A DNA stretch of 64,000 nt. It comes from an uncultured Bacteroidales bacterium (lineage in GTDB: Bacteria > Bacteroidota > Bacteroidia > Bacteroidales > WCHB1-69). Numbering within the stretch: position 1 is the stretch's first letter; each line of letters begins with the position of its first letter. Positions 8,988-19,400 of the stretch are shown in pieces. Location of the stretch: contig ONCM01000011.1 of the NCBI GenBank assembly GCA_900316305.1, forward strand, positions 1,863-65,862. Reading direction: 5' to 3'. A model generated the notes under the pieces. It was given only the letters and a program-made list of their open reading frames with translations, was not told where the DNA came from and did no database searches. The position numbers and the translations under genes are program-made.

Positions 8988-10166
8988 ATGTTCGTCATCA
9001 TTTTCCTCATCCTGCTCCTCCTCTTTTTCATCACCCCGGACATCTACATCTCGGCTGTCTATCTTCGGCAAGCCCCGATGGTCTGGCGGATTTTGTTTTT
9101 TCTGCCGACCGTCGTCAGCTTTCTTTCCATCGTGGGAGTGTACTATCGGGGATCCTCTAGCGTCTATACCCTCATTTTTCTCTTTATCCTGCTTTGCGTT
9201 GCCATGCCGAAGCTGGTTTTCATGATTTTCTCGCTGCTGTCCAGACTGTTTGGTCATTGGAGTCCAACCGCTGCGACGATTACCAGCATTGTCGGGGTAA
9301 TCGCCGTGTCCGCCGTCTTCTTTGTGGCGTTCTATGGGCTCACGTTCGGATGGAAAAGACTTGAAGTACAACACGTTGACCTTTATTTCGACCATCTGCC
9401 TGCGGCGTATGACGGCTACCGCATCGCGCACCTGAGCGACCTCCATGTGGGTTCCTATCGGAAGAAGACCGGTTTCGTGGAGAAGGTGGTGCAGCGCGTG
9501 AACGAGGAGAGGCCGGATCTGGTGGTCTTCACCGGCGACTTGGTGAACACCGATCCCCACGAGCTGACGCCCTACATCCCCGTTCTGTCGAAACTCACCG
9601 CCCCGGACGGCGTGTTCTCGGTGCTCGGCAACCACGACTACTGTCTATACGGGAAGCCGAAGCGTTGGGCGGACGTGCGCGAAGGTGGCCTGATTGTGGC
9701 GGACATCGAGCGCAAGATGGGTTGGCGGATGCTGATGAACGACGCCCGCATCCTCACCCGCGACACCGACCGCATCGCCATCGTCGGGGTGGAAAACACG
9801 GGCAAGCCACCGTTCCCGCAGATCGGCAACCTGCAAGGTGCGGTAAAGGGCATAACAGACTATGACACCATAAAAAGCAGCGACGACCTTTTCACCATCC
9901 TGCTCACCCACGACCCGTCGCACTGGCGTATGGAGGTGCTGCCGAAGACGCACATCCCACTGACCCTCAGCGGGCACACGCACTCCGCCCAGCTACGCAT
10001 CGGCAACTGGTCGCCATCAAAATGGATGTACGAGGAATGGGACGGATTGTACGAGTCCGGGGACCAGAAACTTTACATCTCGCAAGGCATTGGCGGCACT
10101 TTCCCGTTCCGCTTCGGGGCAAGGCCGAGAATTGTGATTATTACGTTGAGGAGAAATCATGAATGA
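8988..10166 (+). CDS. Membrane-anchored metallophosphoesterase
   Basis: N-terminal TM helices followed by HLSDLHVG, GDLVN, GNHD and GHTH calcineurin-like motifs. Confidence 0.8.
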   Translation: MFVIIFLILLLLFFITPDIYISAVYLRQAPMVWRILFFLPTVVSFLSIVGVYYRGSSSVYTLIFLFILLCVAMPKLVFMIFSLLSRLFGHWSPTAATITSIVGVIAVSAVFFVAFYGLTFGWKRLEVQHVDLYFDHLPAAYDGYRIAHLSDLHVGSYRKKTGFVEKVVQRVNEERPDLVVFTGDLVNTDPHELTPYIPVLSKLTAPDGVFSVLGNHDYCLYGKPKRWADVREGGLIVADIERKMGWRMLMNDARILTRDTDRIAIVGVENTGKPPFPQIGNLQGAVKGITDYDTIKSSDDLFTILLTHDPSHWRMEVLPKTHIPLTLSGHTHSAQLRIGNWSPSKWMYEEWDGLYESGDQKLYISQGIGGTFPFRFGARPRIVIITLRRNHE

Positions 10167-10217
10167 AGAATGAAGAATGTAGAATGCATAATTATGAATG
10201 ATGAATGATGAATGATG
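10161..10217. repeat. Heptamer array GAATGAA/GAATGTA/GAATGAT
   Basis: Contains the metallophosphoesterase stop codon. It is the reverse complement of the 3803 array unit. Confidence 0.9.
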
Positions 10218-10410
10218 GATGGTGAGGGGGGAATAATAATTGGGGCAGAACAATTTTTGCATTTAACTCAATATCTTTCAATCAATTACAACATACTCTA
10301 AAATAATTTCAGTTGCTGTGTGACGAAATGTCCATTTTTTACGACTAAAAGGTATAAGCACATTAATTAAACACTTAAACCTTAATACTCATAATTAAAC
10401 ACAGAAAAAA

Positions 10411-10803
10411 ATGGACAAAAAAATCAAAAGAATGGCGCTATTCGTCATGGCGGCTGTGACAATGCTTTGCTTTGCCGCTTGTAACAGAGAGAACGAGAGC
10501 CCTGACACCGAGAACCAGGAGGTATTGGGCAACACCCTTTGGGCTTGGGAGGGTCAAGAGACACTCGGATTTATCTCCGCCGAAATAGTTTTCCCCGGCG
10601 ACTATGCGGCAAAGATCACGTTCTACAAACCCGATCACTCCCCTGTCATATTAGACGGCACCTACAGCTATTCCAACGGTAACGGCACCATGGCGTTGAG
10701 GTATCAGACGACGCACAACGCCATCAACCCGACGTTTACCGTTAACGGCAACACCATGGTGCTATACATTTTCGGTGTCACCTACACGTTCACCAAACAA
10801 TAA
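10411..10803 (+). CDS. Small lipoprotein, unknown function
   Basis: Lipobox LCFAAC after MDKKIKRMALFVMAAV; 130 aa. Confidence 0.55.
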   Translation: MDKKIKRMALFVMAAVTMLCFAACNRENESPDTENQEVLGNTLWAWEGQETLGFISAEIVFPGDYAAKITFYKPDHSPVILDGTYSYSNGNGTMALRYQTTHNAINPTFTVNGNTMVLYIFGVTYTFTKQ

Positions 10804-11176
10804 ACACTTTCCATCACCCTCACCGCCTCAGCCCAGGGCGAATGGAAGTGGGCGAACTACTGGTCGGGAAGCGATGAACTTGGCAATAGCCTTACGAATC
10901 GTTTTGAAAGGACTGCATTTGACGATGACGGAAACATATACGTTTTCGGAAGTTTCAGTGGTAGCGCGACTCTTTATGCCTCAAAATGGCACCTCGCATG
11001 ATGCTGGTGGTCATCATCCGTATATCATACTTCTGATCCGGCGCTACCCCAACCCCACCACCGACCGTGTGGTCATTGAGAGTCCCGAGGGGCTGTACGT
11101 CGCGCACGTAAGCACCCATATTGTCAGCATAGCGACAAAGTGGTTCTCTTCCCCGTTAGGGAATCCGTATCAATAG
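10804..11176 (+). pseudogene. Remnant of a T9SS-secreted protein (signal-peptide end plus beta-propeller-like start, then a frameshifted CTD fragment)
   Basis: One frame reads ...LTASAQGEWKWANYWSGSDELGN...DDDGNIYVFGSFSGSATLY then stops. Another frame reads YPNPTTDRVVIESPEGLYVAHV (start of a T9SS CTD). No start codon; the upstream gene's stop abuts it. Confidence 0.4.
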
Positions 11177-11205
11177 CTTGGGAACATTCCCGGCCCGCCA
11201 AAAAA

Positions 11206-12144
11206 CTACCTGTTGCGGAAGAAGAAATCGTTGACCACCAGACGCAACATCACGCCGTAGTTGAAGGTCATCATCTTCTCGCCGTATGGGTATAGATGCA
11301 ATTGGCTCATACAGCCGTAGAAGGTGGGGTCGAGGGAGACGTATGGGTTGATGACGATTTTGAGGCCGGCAGCGAAGGAACCACCGTAACCAGGACCACC
11401 GTAAATCACATCGTAGGTCTGCATGTTTACGCCGGGCACATAGTTCTCACCACCGTATGGATCCAACAATGTCATCGTCAACTGCGGACTATTGTGCTCA
11501 TCCAACAAAACAGCATCAAATTTTTTAACTCTCACGTAGTTGAATTGTGCACCCACCTCGATAAAGGGTTTCACAATGCGGTGAACGCCGCTGAAGAGGT
11601 ACGACATGGAGAGATCAATCATCGAACGGTCCTCTACTCCGAGCAGCGTCATCTCCGGAAGACGGTATGTGTTGCTCGGTACCTGTCCCTTGACGTCTAG
11701 CAACACTTTATTGACCGTTTTCAGACGCGCAAAATTGTATGACAGGGATATGCCCCAATTGTCGCGAATCTTGTAACGCACACCCAAATTGATACTCACA
11801 GCAAGGTTATAGGTCGGATTCATGTTCAGATCCGACTCTTTAAACCCAATCTGGTCATTCATACTGACATGCGGATAGAGTTTCACCACCGCCTCCTGAA
11901 TTTCCTTCCGACGGTACTCATTGTCGAAGAGGTAATCCAGTCCACATTCGTTATAGGCACTTCCATTGTAGTAAAGTGCTGTCTTTTTGCCGCCCCAGAA
12001 CATGCCGGCACCGATGTAGAAATCGAAACCGCGGTCGTACCAGGTGGTGTCGTGGAAGGTGACCGCCTGACCGACCTCTTCGCGTTGCGCTACTGCTACC
12101 AGGGCGTATAGCAGGGTGATGGCTATGATTGCTATTTTCTTCAT
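11206..12144 (-). CDS. Outer-membrane beta-barrel protein, unknown function
   Basis: Signal peptide MKKIAIIAITLLYALVAVAQ and alternating beta-strand pattern. Start taken at the second ATG (12144). Confidence 0.45.
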   Translation of the reverse strand: MKKIAIIAITLLYALVAVAQREEVGQAVTFHDTTWYDRGFDFYIGAGMFWGGKKTALYYNGSAYNECGLDYLFDNEYRRKEIQEAVVKLYPHVSMNDQIGFKESDLNMNPTYNLAVSINLGVRYKIRDNWGISLSYNFARLKTVNKVLLDVKGQVPSNTYRLPEMTLLGVEDRSMIDLSMSYLFSGVHRIVKPFIEVGAQFNYVRVKKFDAVLLDEHNSPQLTMTLLDPYGGENYVPGVNMQTYDVIYGGPGYGGSFAAGLKIVINPYVSLDPTFYGCMSQLHLYPYGEKMMTFNYGVMLRLVVNDFFFRNR

Positions 12145-12263
12145 TTGACTGTTGATTTTGTGATTCCCCACACTGCGGCTCCGCCTTGTGTGGGGTTAAT
12201 TGCGCTATCGCGCGTCTTGCCTCTTCGAGGCTGCTCAAGGAATCTGTATCTTTTGACTTTTGC

Positions 12264-13544
12264 CTACTTCTGCGTCATGATGTCCAGCACCAAATTGTCA
12301 GTGGCGGCCATGCCGTGGAGACCGATGTTGGCCATGTTCTGGACGCATTGATCGACATCCTCGTCGATGATGCCTTCGGCGGGGGTAACCACCTCATCTT
12401 GGATGGCCAGCATGGACGAGAGAACGGCGGTGGAGACACCCGTGGCGACCTTCAGAGAGCAACTCGGTTTCGCACCGTCGCAGATCATACCCGTGATGTT
12501 GGCGATCATGTTCTTGACAGCATAGACGATCTGGTCGTAGTTACCGCCCAAGAGGTAGGTGAGTCCGCAGGCCGAACCGGTAGCCGCGACCACGCAACCG
12601 CACAGCGGCGAAAGGCGACCAAAACTCTGTTTGATATAGATCACCGTCAAATGGCTCAGCATCAAAGCTCTGGTGAGTTCCTCCTCTGATTTGAGGCGTT
12701 CCTTGGCGAAGACCCAGACCGGCAGCGTGGCGGCAATGCCCTGGTTCCCGCTGCCTGAATTGCTCATCACGGGCACCTTCACCCCCGCCATACGCGCATC
12801 GCACGCCGCGGACGTGTAGGACAAGATCTTGGAATAGACACCGTTGCCGAAAAACTGAACGCGGGGCTCCATAAAGATGGTGCGACCCAGCCCATGGCCG
12901 AAATTGTTGTTGAGCGACATCTCGGCCGCCCGCTTGTTGAGTTCAGCGGTCTCCAAGATGAAATGGATTTCCGACAGCGGGGCCGTCATGGCAAAATCAT
13001 AGACCGTGCGCATGTCGAGTTTCGGATCCTCGGAGGTCGTACACTCCTCGCTCTTCACGCGGTCGTCGAGCAGCACCTCCCCGTTTTTGGCGATGTAGCT
13101 GAAGTGGGTGTGCATCCCGCTGATAACCACCTCCACGCTGTCGTCTCCGTTGTGGCACTCCACCTCAATGTAGAGTTTCTCCGCCACATCCTTCTTCTGC
13201 TGGATTTTGATGCGGTTCTGGGCAATATACTCCTTGCCCTTCTCCACCAATTCCGGGGTGATATCCTTAAGAACTTCCAGCTGGTATTCCGATTTGCCCG
13301 CGAGGGCGCCGAGGGCGATGGCGATCGGCAGACCGACCATGCCAGTGCCGGGAATACCCACGCCCATGGCGTTCTTGAGCATGTTGGCACTCAACAAAAC
13401 GGTGATCTGCTTGGGCACAGAGCCCAAAATCTCTTTCGCCTTGGCCACCGCCAAAGCCACGGCCATGGGTTCGGTGCAACCTATGGCGGGCACCACTTCA
13501 CGCTTCACCAGCGCTATAATCCGATTTCTCTCTTCTGCTGTCAT
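12264..13544 (-). CDS. UPF0597 / L-cysteine desulfidase (serine dehydratase alpha-like) family protein
   Basis: N-terminus EVVPAIGCTEPMAVALAVAKA and length (426 aa) are typical of the YhaM/CyuA family. Confidence 0.7.
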   Translation of the reverse strand: MTAEERNRIIALVKREVVPAIGCTEPMAVALAVAKAKEILGSVPKQITVLLSANMLKNAMGVGIPGTGMVGLPIAIALGALAGKSEYQLEVLKDITPELVEKGKEYIAQNRIKIQQKKDVAEKLYIEVECHNGDDSVEVVISGMHTHFSYIAKNGEVLLDDRVKSEECTTSEDPKLDMRTVYDFAMTAPLSEIHFILETAELNKRAAEMSLNNNFGHGLGRTIFMEPRVQFFGNGVYSKILSYTSAACDARMAGVKVPVMSNSGSGNQGIAATLPVWVFAKERLKSEEELTRALMLSHLTVIYIKQSFGRLSPLCGCVVAATGSACGLTYLLGGNYDQIVYAVKNMIANITGMICDGAKPSCSLKVATGVSTAVLSSMLAIQDEVVTPAEGIIDEDVDQCVQNMANIGLHGMAATDNLVLDIMTQK

Positions 13545-13564
13545 TGGATAATATTTTGAAACGG

Positions 13565-13572
13565 CAAAAATA
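13565..13572 (-). promoter_or_regulatory. -7 box TATTTTTG for the cysteine desulfidase-like gene
   Basis: CAAAAATA on the + strand, 21 nt upstream of the ATG at 13544. Confidence 0.45.
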
Positions 13573-13580
13573 CATTTTTT

Positions 13581-13690
13581 AATGGTTATTGGTTATAGGT
13601 TATTGGTTATTGAAGGTTAATGGTTAATGGTCAACAGTCAACAGTCAACAGTCAACAGTCAACAGTCAATGGTCAATGGTCAATGGTCAA
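13581..13690. repeat. Composite array (reverse orientation): GGTTATT - GGTTAAT - GGTCAAC/GGTCAAT
   Basis: Encodes the last PrmC codons (LTIDH*) and runs up to the cysteine-desulfidase promoter. Confidence 0.9.
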
Positions 13691-14539
13691 GCTTGCCGTT
13701 AGGAAGCGGGGGCGGCCATTGAGGTCCTGTAGGGAACGGATTTCTGAAAAGCCGTGACGGGCGAACAGGTCGATCATCTCCTCGTGGTAATCGTGATAGG
13801 TTTCCACCCAGAGCGTGCCGCCGGGAGCCAGCACCAGCCGGGCAAGACTTGCTAACGCTTTATAACACCAAAGTTTATCCTCGTCGGGCACGAAAAGGGC
13901 TTGCGCAGGCTCGTAGTCCACCACATTGCGATGCATCGCGGCTCGGTCGGAAGCGGGGATGTAAGGGGGATTGCTGACCAGCACATCGAACTTCTCTTCC
14001 GCAAAAGGAAGGTTCTCGATATCGAACATGTCATGGCAGACGAAAGTCACCCCGACCCCATTGCGTTCGGCATTCCCACGGGCGACCGTCAAAGCCTCCG
14101 ATGAAATGTCGGTAGCGAAGACCTTGGCCTCTTTCAGCGATTTCGCCAACGAGACGGCAATGCAGCCGCTGCCCGTGCCCACATCCCATATACGCGGTGC
14201 CGAACCTGCATATCGTTGCACAACCATCTGCACCAATTCCTCCGTCTCAGGTCTGGGAATCAGCACCGCCGGCGACACTGTGAACGACAGTCCGTAAAAT
14301 TCGGTCTCGCCCAACACGTACTGCACCGGACAACCTTCCGCCAGCCGTTCCACATCGCGTCGGACTTCCTGCATCAGCGACTCATCCAAAGTCTCATTCC
14401 CGCGCAATGCCAGTTCGTACCGTTCCATTCCCAGCTTCGCACACACATACCACGAAGCAATCGCAGCCGCCTCACGAGGGTCGTAGAGCGGCTGCAAGGT
14501 TGCGGTCATTTCGTTAATTAGATTCTTAATTGTGAGCAT
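13673..14539 (-). CDS. prmC: Peptide chain release factor N5-glutamine methyltransferase
   Basis: SAM motif VGTGSGCI and catalytic NPPY (VSNPPYIP). Confidence 0.85.
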   Translation of the reverse strand: MLTIKNLINEMTATLQPLYDPREAAAIASWYVCAKLGMERYELALRGNETLDESLMQEVRRDVERLAEGCPVQYVLGETEFYGLSFTVSPAVLIPRPETEELVQMVVQRYAGSAPRIWDVGTGSGCIAVSLAKSLKEAKVFATDISSEALTVARGNAERNGVGVTFVCHDMFDIENLPFAEEKFDVLVSNPPYIPASDRAAMHRNVVDYEPAQALFVPDEDKLWCYKALASLARLVLAPGGTLWVETYHDYHEEMIDLFARHGFSEIRSLQDLNGRPRFLTASLTIDH

Positions 14540-14543
14540 TGGG

Positions 14544-14669
14544 GATTGATGAAATACGATGAATGACGATGAATTATGTCGATGAATTATGTCGATGAAT
14601 GAAACGATTATTCATAATTCATAATTCATAATTCATCATTCATCATTCTACATTCTACATTCTACATTC
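14544..14669. repeat. Two-armed heptamer array (GATGAAT-type arm, then its complement ATTCATN / ATTCTAC arm)
   Basis: The arms are mutually complementary around 14605-14612. Fills the DoxX-prmC gap. Confidence 0.9.
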
Positions 14670-15831
14670 CCTCCGGAAAGTCCCTCCATGCCCACTTCTC
14701 CTTCACCACGCCTTTATCCAGCAGGATGATGCCCGGGTTGGAGCGGATGGCGTCGCGAACCATGAACGGACCCGTGATCGGATTGATCGGGTTGTAGTAG
14801 ATCGGGAATTCGATACCGTATTCCTCCACAAATGCAGCAATATCCTCCTCCGAAGAGTTGGTAATGCCCACGAAATCGACCCCTTTGTCCTGACAAGCTT
14901 TGGCTAATGTCAGCGCCTTCTGCATACCCTTCTCCTTGGCCTCGCTCAGATTGTGTACATATAATATATATACCTCACCCTCGCGGTCTTTGGCGAAATA
15001 GTCGGGTGCGTGGTCGGCACCGTTCTCGTCCAGCATGTTGAAGCCGTCAATCTTGGCCTTCACCGCCTCCTTGACGACCTTATCCTCGCGGTCAACATAC
15101 TCGTTATTCTCATAAAAAGCGTCATCCTGCGCCATCAGCTCGTCCTGCGTGAGTTTCACCTCTTCGCCGGAAGCGTTGTTCTTATAAACGAACACCACCT
15201 CCTTCTGTGCGGGCTGCGCTACGAAAACGGAGACATCCTTGCCCTTGTTCCAGTCGCTCTTGCCGATGAAGGGCAGATGACGGATGACGTACAGCTGGAA
15301 GCCGACGGAGATGGCCGCGAAAATGGCCACACAAAGCCACTGCCCAAGTTCCGTCAGACGGCAGTCCTTGACTTTCTTCCGATTGAAGAAGAAGATCAAG
15401 GTCGGGATGATGATGACCACATTCTTGAGGAATGTCTGCATGTTGGACATTTCAATGACGTCGCCGAAGCAGCCGCAGTCCTTCACCACGCCGAAGTAAT
15501 GGATGCCCTTCAGCTCCAACTGCTCGGCAATGGCGAGCCACATCGTGAGGAAGAAGAAGAACGTCATGAAAAGGAGGTAGCCCCAAGCGGCCCATTGCAC
15601 CTTCACGCGGAAGAGCAGCATGCAGCCGAGAACAAATTCGCACATGATGGCTACCACCGCTGCAAACAGTGCCAACGGATGCAGGAAGCCCATGTGAAAA
15701 GAGACGAAGTAGTCGTTCATCGTCACCCCGAAACCCACCGGATCGATGGCTTTCGTAAAACTGGAGAAGATGAAGAGGCACCCCAGGAGGATGCGGATAA
15801 CTTTAAGCCAGATAGGTTCTTTTTTTGCCAT
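14662..15831 (-). CDS. DoxX/MauE-like membrane protein with C-terminal thioredoxin-fold-like domain (BT_3928-like)
   Basis: N-terminal 4-5 TM helices (LLGCLFIFSSFTKAIDPVGF) plus a soluble C-terminal half. Confidence 0.55.
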   Translation of the reverse strand: MAKKEPIWLKVIRILLGCLFIFSSFTKAIDPVGFGVTMNDYFVSFHMGFLHPLALFAAVVAIMCEFVLGCMLLFRVKVQWAAWGYLLFMTFFFFLTMWLAIAEQLELKGIHYFGVVKDCGCFGDVIEMSNMQTFLKNVVIIIPTLIFFFNRKKVKDCRLTELGQWLCVAIFAAISVGFQLYVIRHLPFIGKSDWNKGKDVSVFVAQPAQKEVVFVYKNNASGEEVKLTQDELMAQDDAFYENNEYVDREDKVVKEAVKAKIDGFNMLDENGADHAPDYFAKDREGEVYILYVHNLSEAKEKGMQKALTLAKACQDKGVDFVGITNSSEEDIAAFVEEYGIEFPIYYNPINPITGPFMVRDAIRSNPGIILLDKGVVKEKWAWRDFPEGM

Positions 15832-15838
15832 TATTATA

Positions 15839-15920
15839 GGTTTACATGTTTACAAGTTTATAAGCTTACAAGCTTACAAGTTTACAAGCTTAAGCTCCTA
15901 AGCTCCTAAGCCCCTAAGCC
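15839..15920. repeat. Heptamer arrays GTTTACA/AGCTTAC and AGCTCCTA around an AAGCTT centre
   Basis: Contains the DUF1599 stop codon. Fills the DUF1599-DoxX gap. Confidence 0.85.
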
Positions 15921-16471
15921 TCTTTCTCGAGGACAAGGCGGATGAGGCAGAACATCGCGTAATTGATCATATCGTAGTAGTTGGCGTCGAGGCCTTCGGA
16001 GACGAGGGTGTTGCCCTGATGGTCTTCGATGGACTTGGTGCGGTAGATTTTCATGAGGATGATGTCGGTGATGGAGCTGATGCGCATCTGTCGCCAGGCC
16101 TCGCCGTAGTCGTGGTTCTTGCTCATCATCAGATCTTTGGCGGCGTGGATGTACTTGTCGTACAGCTCGCGGGTCTTCTCCGGCGCAAGGCTAACCTCCT
16201 CGGATTTCTCCGCGACCCCGATCTCCAGCTGGATGAGGGCCATCACGGCATAGTTGACGATGCCCACGAATTCGGGGATGACACCCTCCGCAACTTTCGC
16301 CACTCCAGTCTGTTGGATGCTGCGAATGCGGTTGGCCTTGATGTAGATCTGGTCGGTGAGCGACGGCAGGCGCAGAATGCGCCAAGCTGTGCCGTAGTCA
16401 ATCGCCTTGTTGCAGAAAGTCTCCCGACAATAGGCGATTATCTCCTCATATTGTTCTGCTGTATTTGCCAT
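15914..16471 (-). CDS. DUF1599 domain protein
   Basis: Duplicated motif DYGxAWR...SxTDxIxxKxxRxxSI. The start ATG overlaps the stop of the upstream peptidase gene by 1 nt (TAATG). Confidence 0.7.
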   Translation of the reverse strand: MANTAEQYEEIIAYCRETFCNKAIDYGTAWRILRLPSLTDQIYIKANRIRSIQQTGVAKVAEGVIPEFVGIVNYAVMALIQLEIGVAEKSEEVSLAPEKTRELYDKYIHAAKDLMMSKNHDYGEAWRQMRISSITDIILMKIYRTKSIEDHQGNTLVSEGLDANYYDMINYAMFCLIRLVLEKEA

Positions 16472-19400
16472 TATCTCTTGATAATCTTAAGGTTCTGAGT
16501 CTTTTGGTTGTCGAAGGTGATTTGCAGCAAGTAGAAACCGGCCGGCACATCACCCATATTGAGCTGGTAGCTGTTTTCGCCGCTCAGGTTCACATTCTTC
16601 ACCATACGACCGTTCAGGTCAAAGAGGACAATGCGCTGAGCAGGCTGCTCGCTCTCTATATTCACCCATTCGTTAGTGGGGTTCGGGAAGACGCGCGCAC
16701 GAACCATCTCATACTCCTCAATGCCAACGCCCGTAGTGTCCGTCACATCCTCAATCACCATAATTCCTACACTCGGCAGAATGATATCGTCAACCCATAC
16801 GCAGTCGTGACCACCGGTAGTACTATAATCCTTTTCGTAGGAGAAGATGATGGTATTCGTACCAGCAGGAATGCTTACATCCACCTTAGTCCAGGGAATA
16901 TCACCCGAAACAGATTCTTTCTTGGAGGTGTTCACATAAAGGTTGAAAAAGTCATAACCCGATTCCGTACTCACGCGTCTGTAATAGGACAGCGTGGATG
17001 CCGCCTGCGTTGTCACCGTGATGGACATTCTGGAATTAGCATTATTCGGCAAGCTTTGTTTGGAACGAGCGCAATATTGTCCGGTATGGACCGCTGCTCC
17101 GGAAACAATTTCCCACGGGTAATTGTTCATCGTCCAGTTTTGGTGCGTAAAATCGCCGCTCTCAAAATCCTCGTATGAGCCACCCACCATCACATAGAGG
17201 GTGTCGATTGTGTGGATACCATCATAAAAAGTATGGAAATACATCGGAACGATGGAGGAATTGGGCACTGTGTCGGCTATCTGCACATTGAAGAAACGCT
17301 CCACCGGCATATTCGGTTCCAAACCGTCGATGGAGATCGGATCCGTCAGAATCTTCACGCCAGAGTAGTTGCATGTCAGATCAATGGAGCCGTTCTGGAC
17401 TTCCGCATGGCCCACGTTCTTGTTGATCATGTTGAAACGGACCGCATCACCGGGGTCCAGGAACGAGGTCTGCATGTCATTGACCGTTGTGGAGTAACTG
17501 TCTAAGACAACCTTCGGCAATTTCACCAGCACGCGCACCTCGGAGTTGACAATCGTGTCATTCCAGTGAATTCCAAGGGTGAAGGGAATGTTGGCATAGT
17601 CTTCGGATGCAGGCATCACGAAAGAGAATGCCGCCGTCCGGCTCTCGATGTCATTCACATTGAGCACACCCACATAAACGGAGTCTTGTAACATGGTCAC
17701 ATTGTTTACCGGCGTAAGCGTGGCATAGACCTGAGTGGCATTGGCGACACCAACATTAGAAAGAGACAAGTCCATGTTGATGGTGCTGCCTATTGCAAAC
17801 ATCGTATTTTCAGCCACGTTCAGACTGGTGGAAACCACATACGGGCCATAAGGCGCAATGACCTGCAACGTCTGGAAGTAAGGAATATAATTTTGTGCCA
17901 GCACGACCAACTCATAGCTGCCCGGATTCATCGAAGAGGGCAAATTAAGCACCACGTTACCGTTTTCGTCCGCATACCCCATCACAATAAGTGTATTTCC
18001 TTGGGTGATCGCGACGTAGGCATACGGAACGGTTTGCACTGTATAGAGTTCCTCGTTGGTGGTGATGACAGCACTTGCCGTCACGGCCATCGTGGAGGGA
18101 ACACCCAGGTAGGCACGCACGGAGGGATCGCCGAAACAGTGGTAGATTTCCCAATAATACTGTTTCAAGCTAGAACTGGAGGACTGCACGGTCATATTGC
18201 CGGCCGTTATGATGCCGCCGATCGTGGAAACCCAGTACTGATAATCCTCACCATGGGTATGGAAAAGCTTGTCATACATGCCCAATGTGGTTCCTGTGTA
18301 GGTGGGGTTTGCCGTAATGCTGTTCGTCACGCCAACAGCCCAGTAGAAGTCTTCGCCCCAGTAGGAGTTGTTGGAAGCACCGATGTAGCCCATAGCACCC
18401 TTCTTCTCGGCACGCAACAACGCCTCGCCAAAGCATTCGGAGGTATTGAAATGGCCGGACACGCAGCAGTTGCCTATCATCAAACCATATTTGTCAGTGT
18501 TCTGAAGTTGGTAAACGTGCGAAACGGTGAACTCCGGATCCGCCCAGCTGGTTTCGCTGCCGTGAGCCGTATAGTTCGCCCAACCTGCACCAGCACTCAC
18601 CTCAGAGCGAATCAGGGCAGCTTGGGAAGAACAGTTGTAAAGGTGTACCATCACATTGGAGTAACGGGGATTATCGGTATTAATGTAGTTGTTGTTGACG
18701 TAGTTGATCTGACCGTTGGCGTGCGTAGGGCCGTAATTCGCGTCCGTGCCCGCAATCAACACAGCATTGCCCAAATAGGAGGGATCCGGCATGGTAAACT
18801 GCTCATACATCAGGATTTTCTCCAACTGATGGTCAAGCTGGTCGTTGTTGGTAGCAGAAAGACGGCCGTAGTAGCAGTCCGGAATGTAGTCGTTTCCTGA
18901 AAGTGTTGCATAGTAGAGGTCCGTGACATGATTGTTGTTCGTTTGGGCATTGAAGGGAGGGAGCTGCGCAACATCCCCAATGAAAAGGAGATAAGTGGGC
19001 GCGGGATCCTCTTCGGTGCCGGCATCATACTTCGACTGGATAAAGCTCTTGATGGAAGTGGTCGTGGAACCCACAGCCGGATCACTCGTATAGTACAACT
19101 CCACAAGATAGCCCAAACGACGTTTCCAAGAGACAAACTCCTGCAAAAGTTCATTGGTGGAAAACATGTTGTTGGCAATAATCAAATATTTGACGGGAGT
19201 CGTCGCAAATTCGTCGCGGGTAGGCTCCATACTGTTGATAACCAGACTTCTGTCTAAAGAAAACATGGGAGAGGCATACTTCTGCAAATCGTTCGTAGCC
19301 GTCATATCCACATTGGTGAACGTGATGTCCACATCAATTTGGGTATAGATTCTAATCTTCTGGGAAACAGGATTATACTGCACCGGTGAAACATAAAGGT

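Noticed and set aside
10775-11176. 133-aa ORF from the track
   Set aside because: It spans two different decayed fragments in a frame that matches only the CTD remnant. It has no promoter box or signal peptide, so it is treated as part of a pseudogene.
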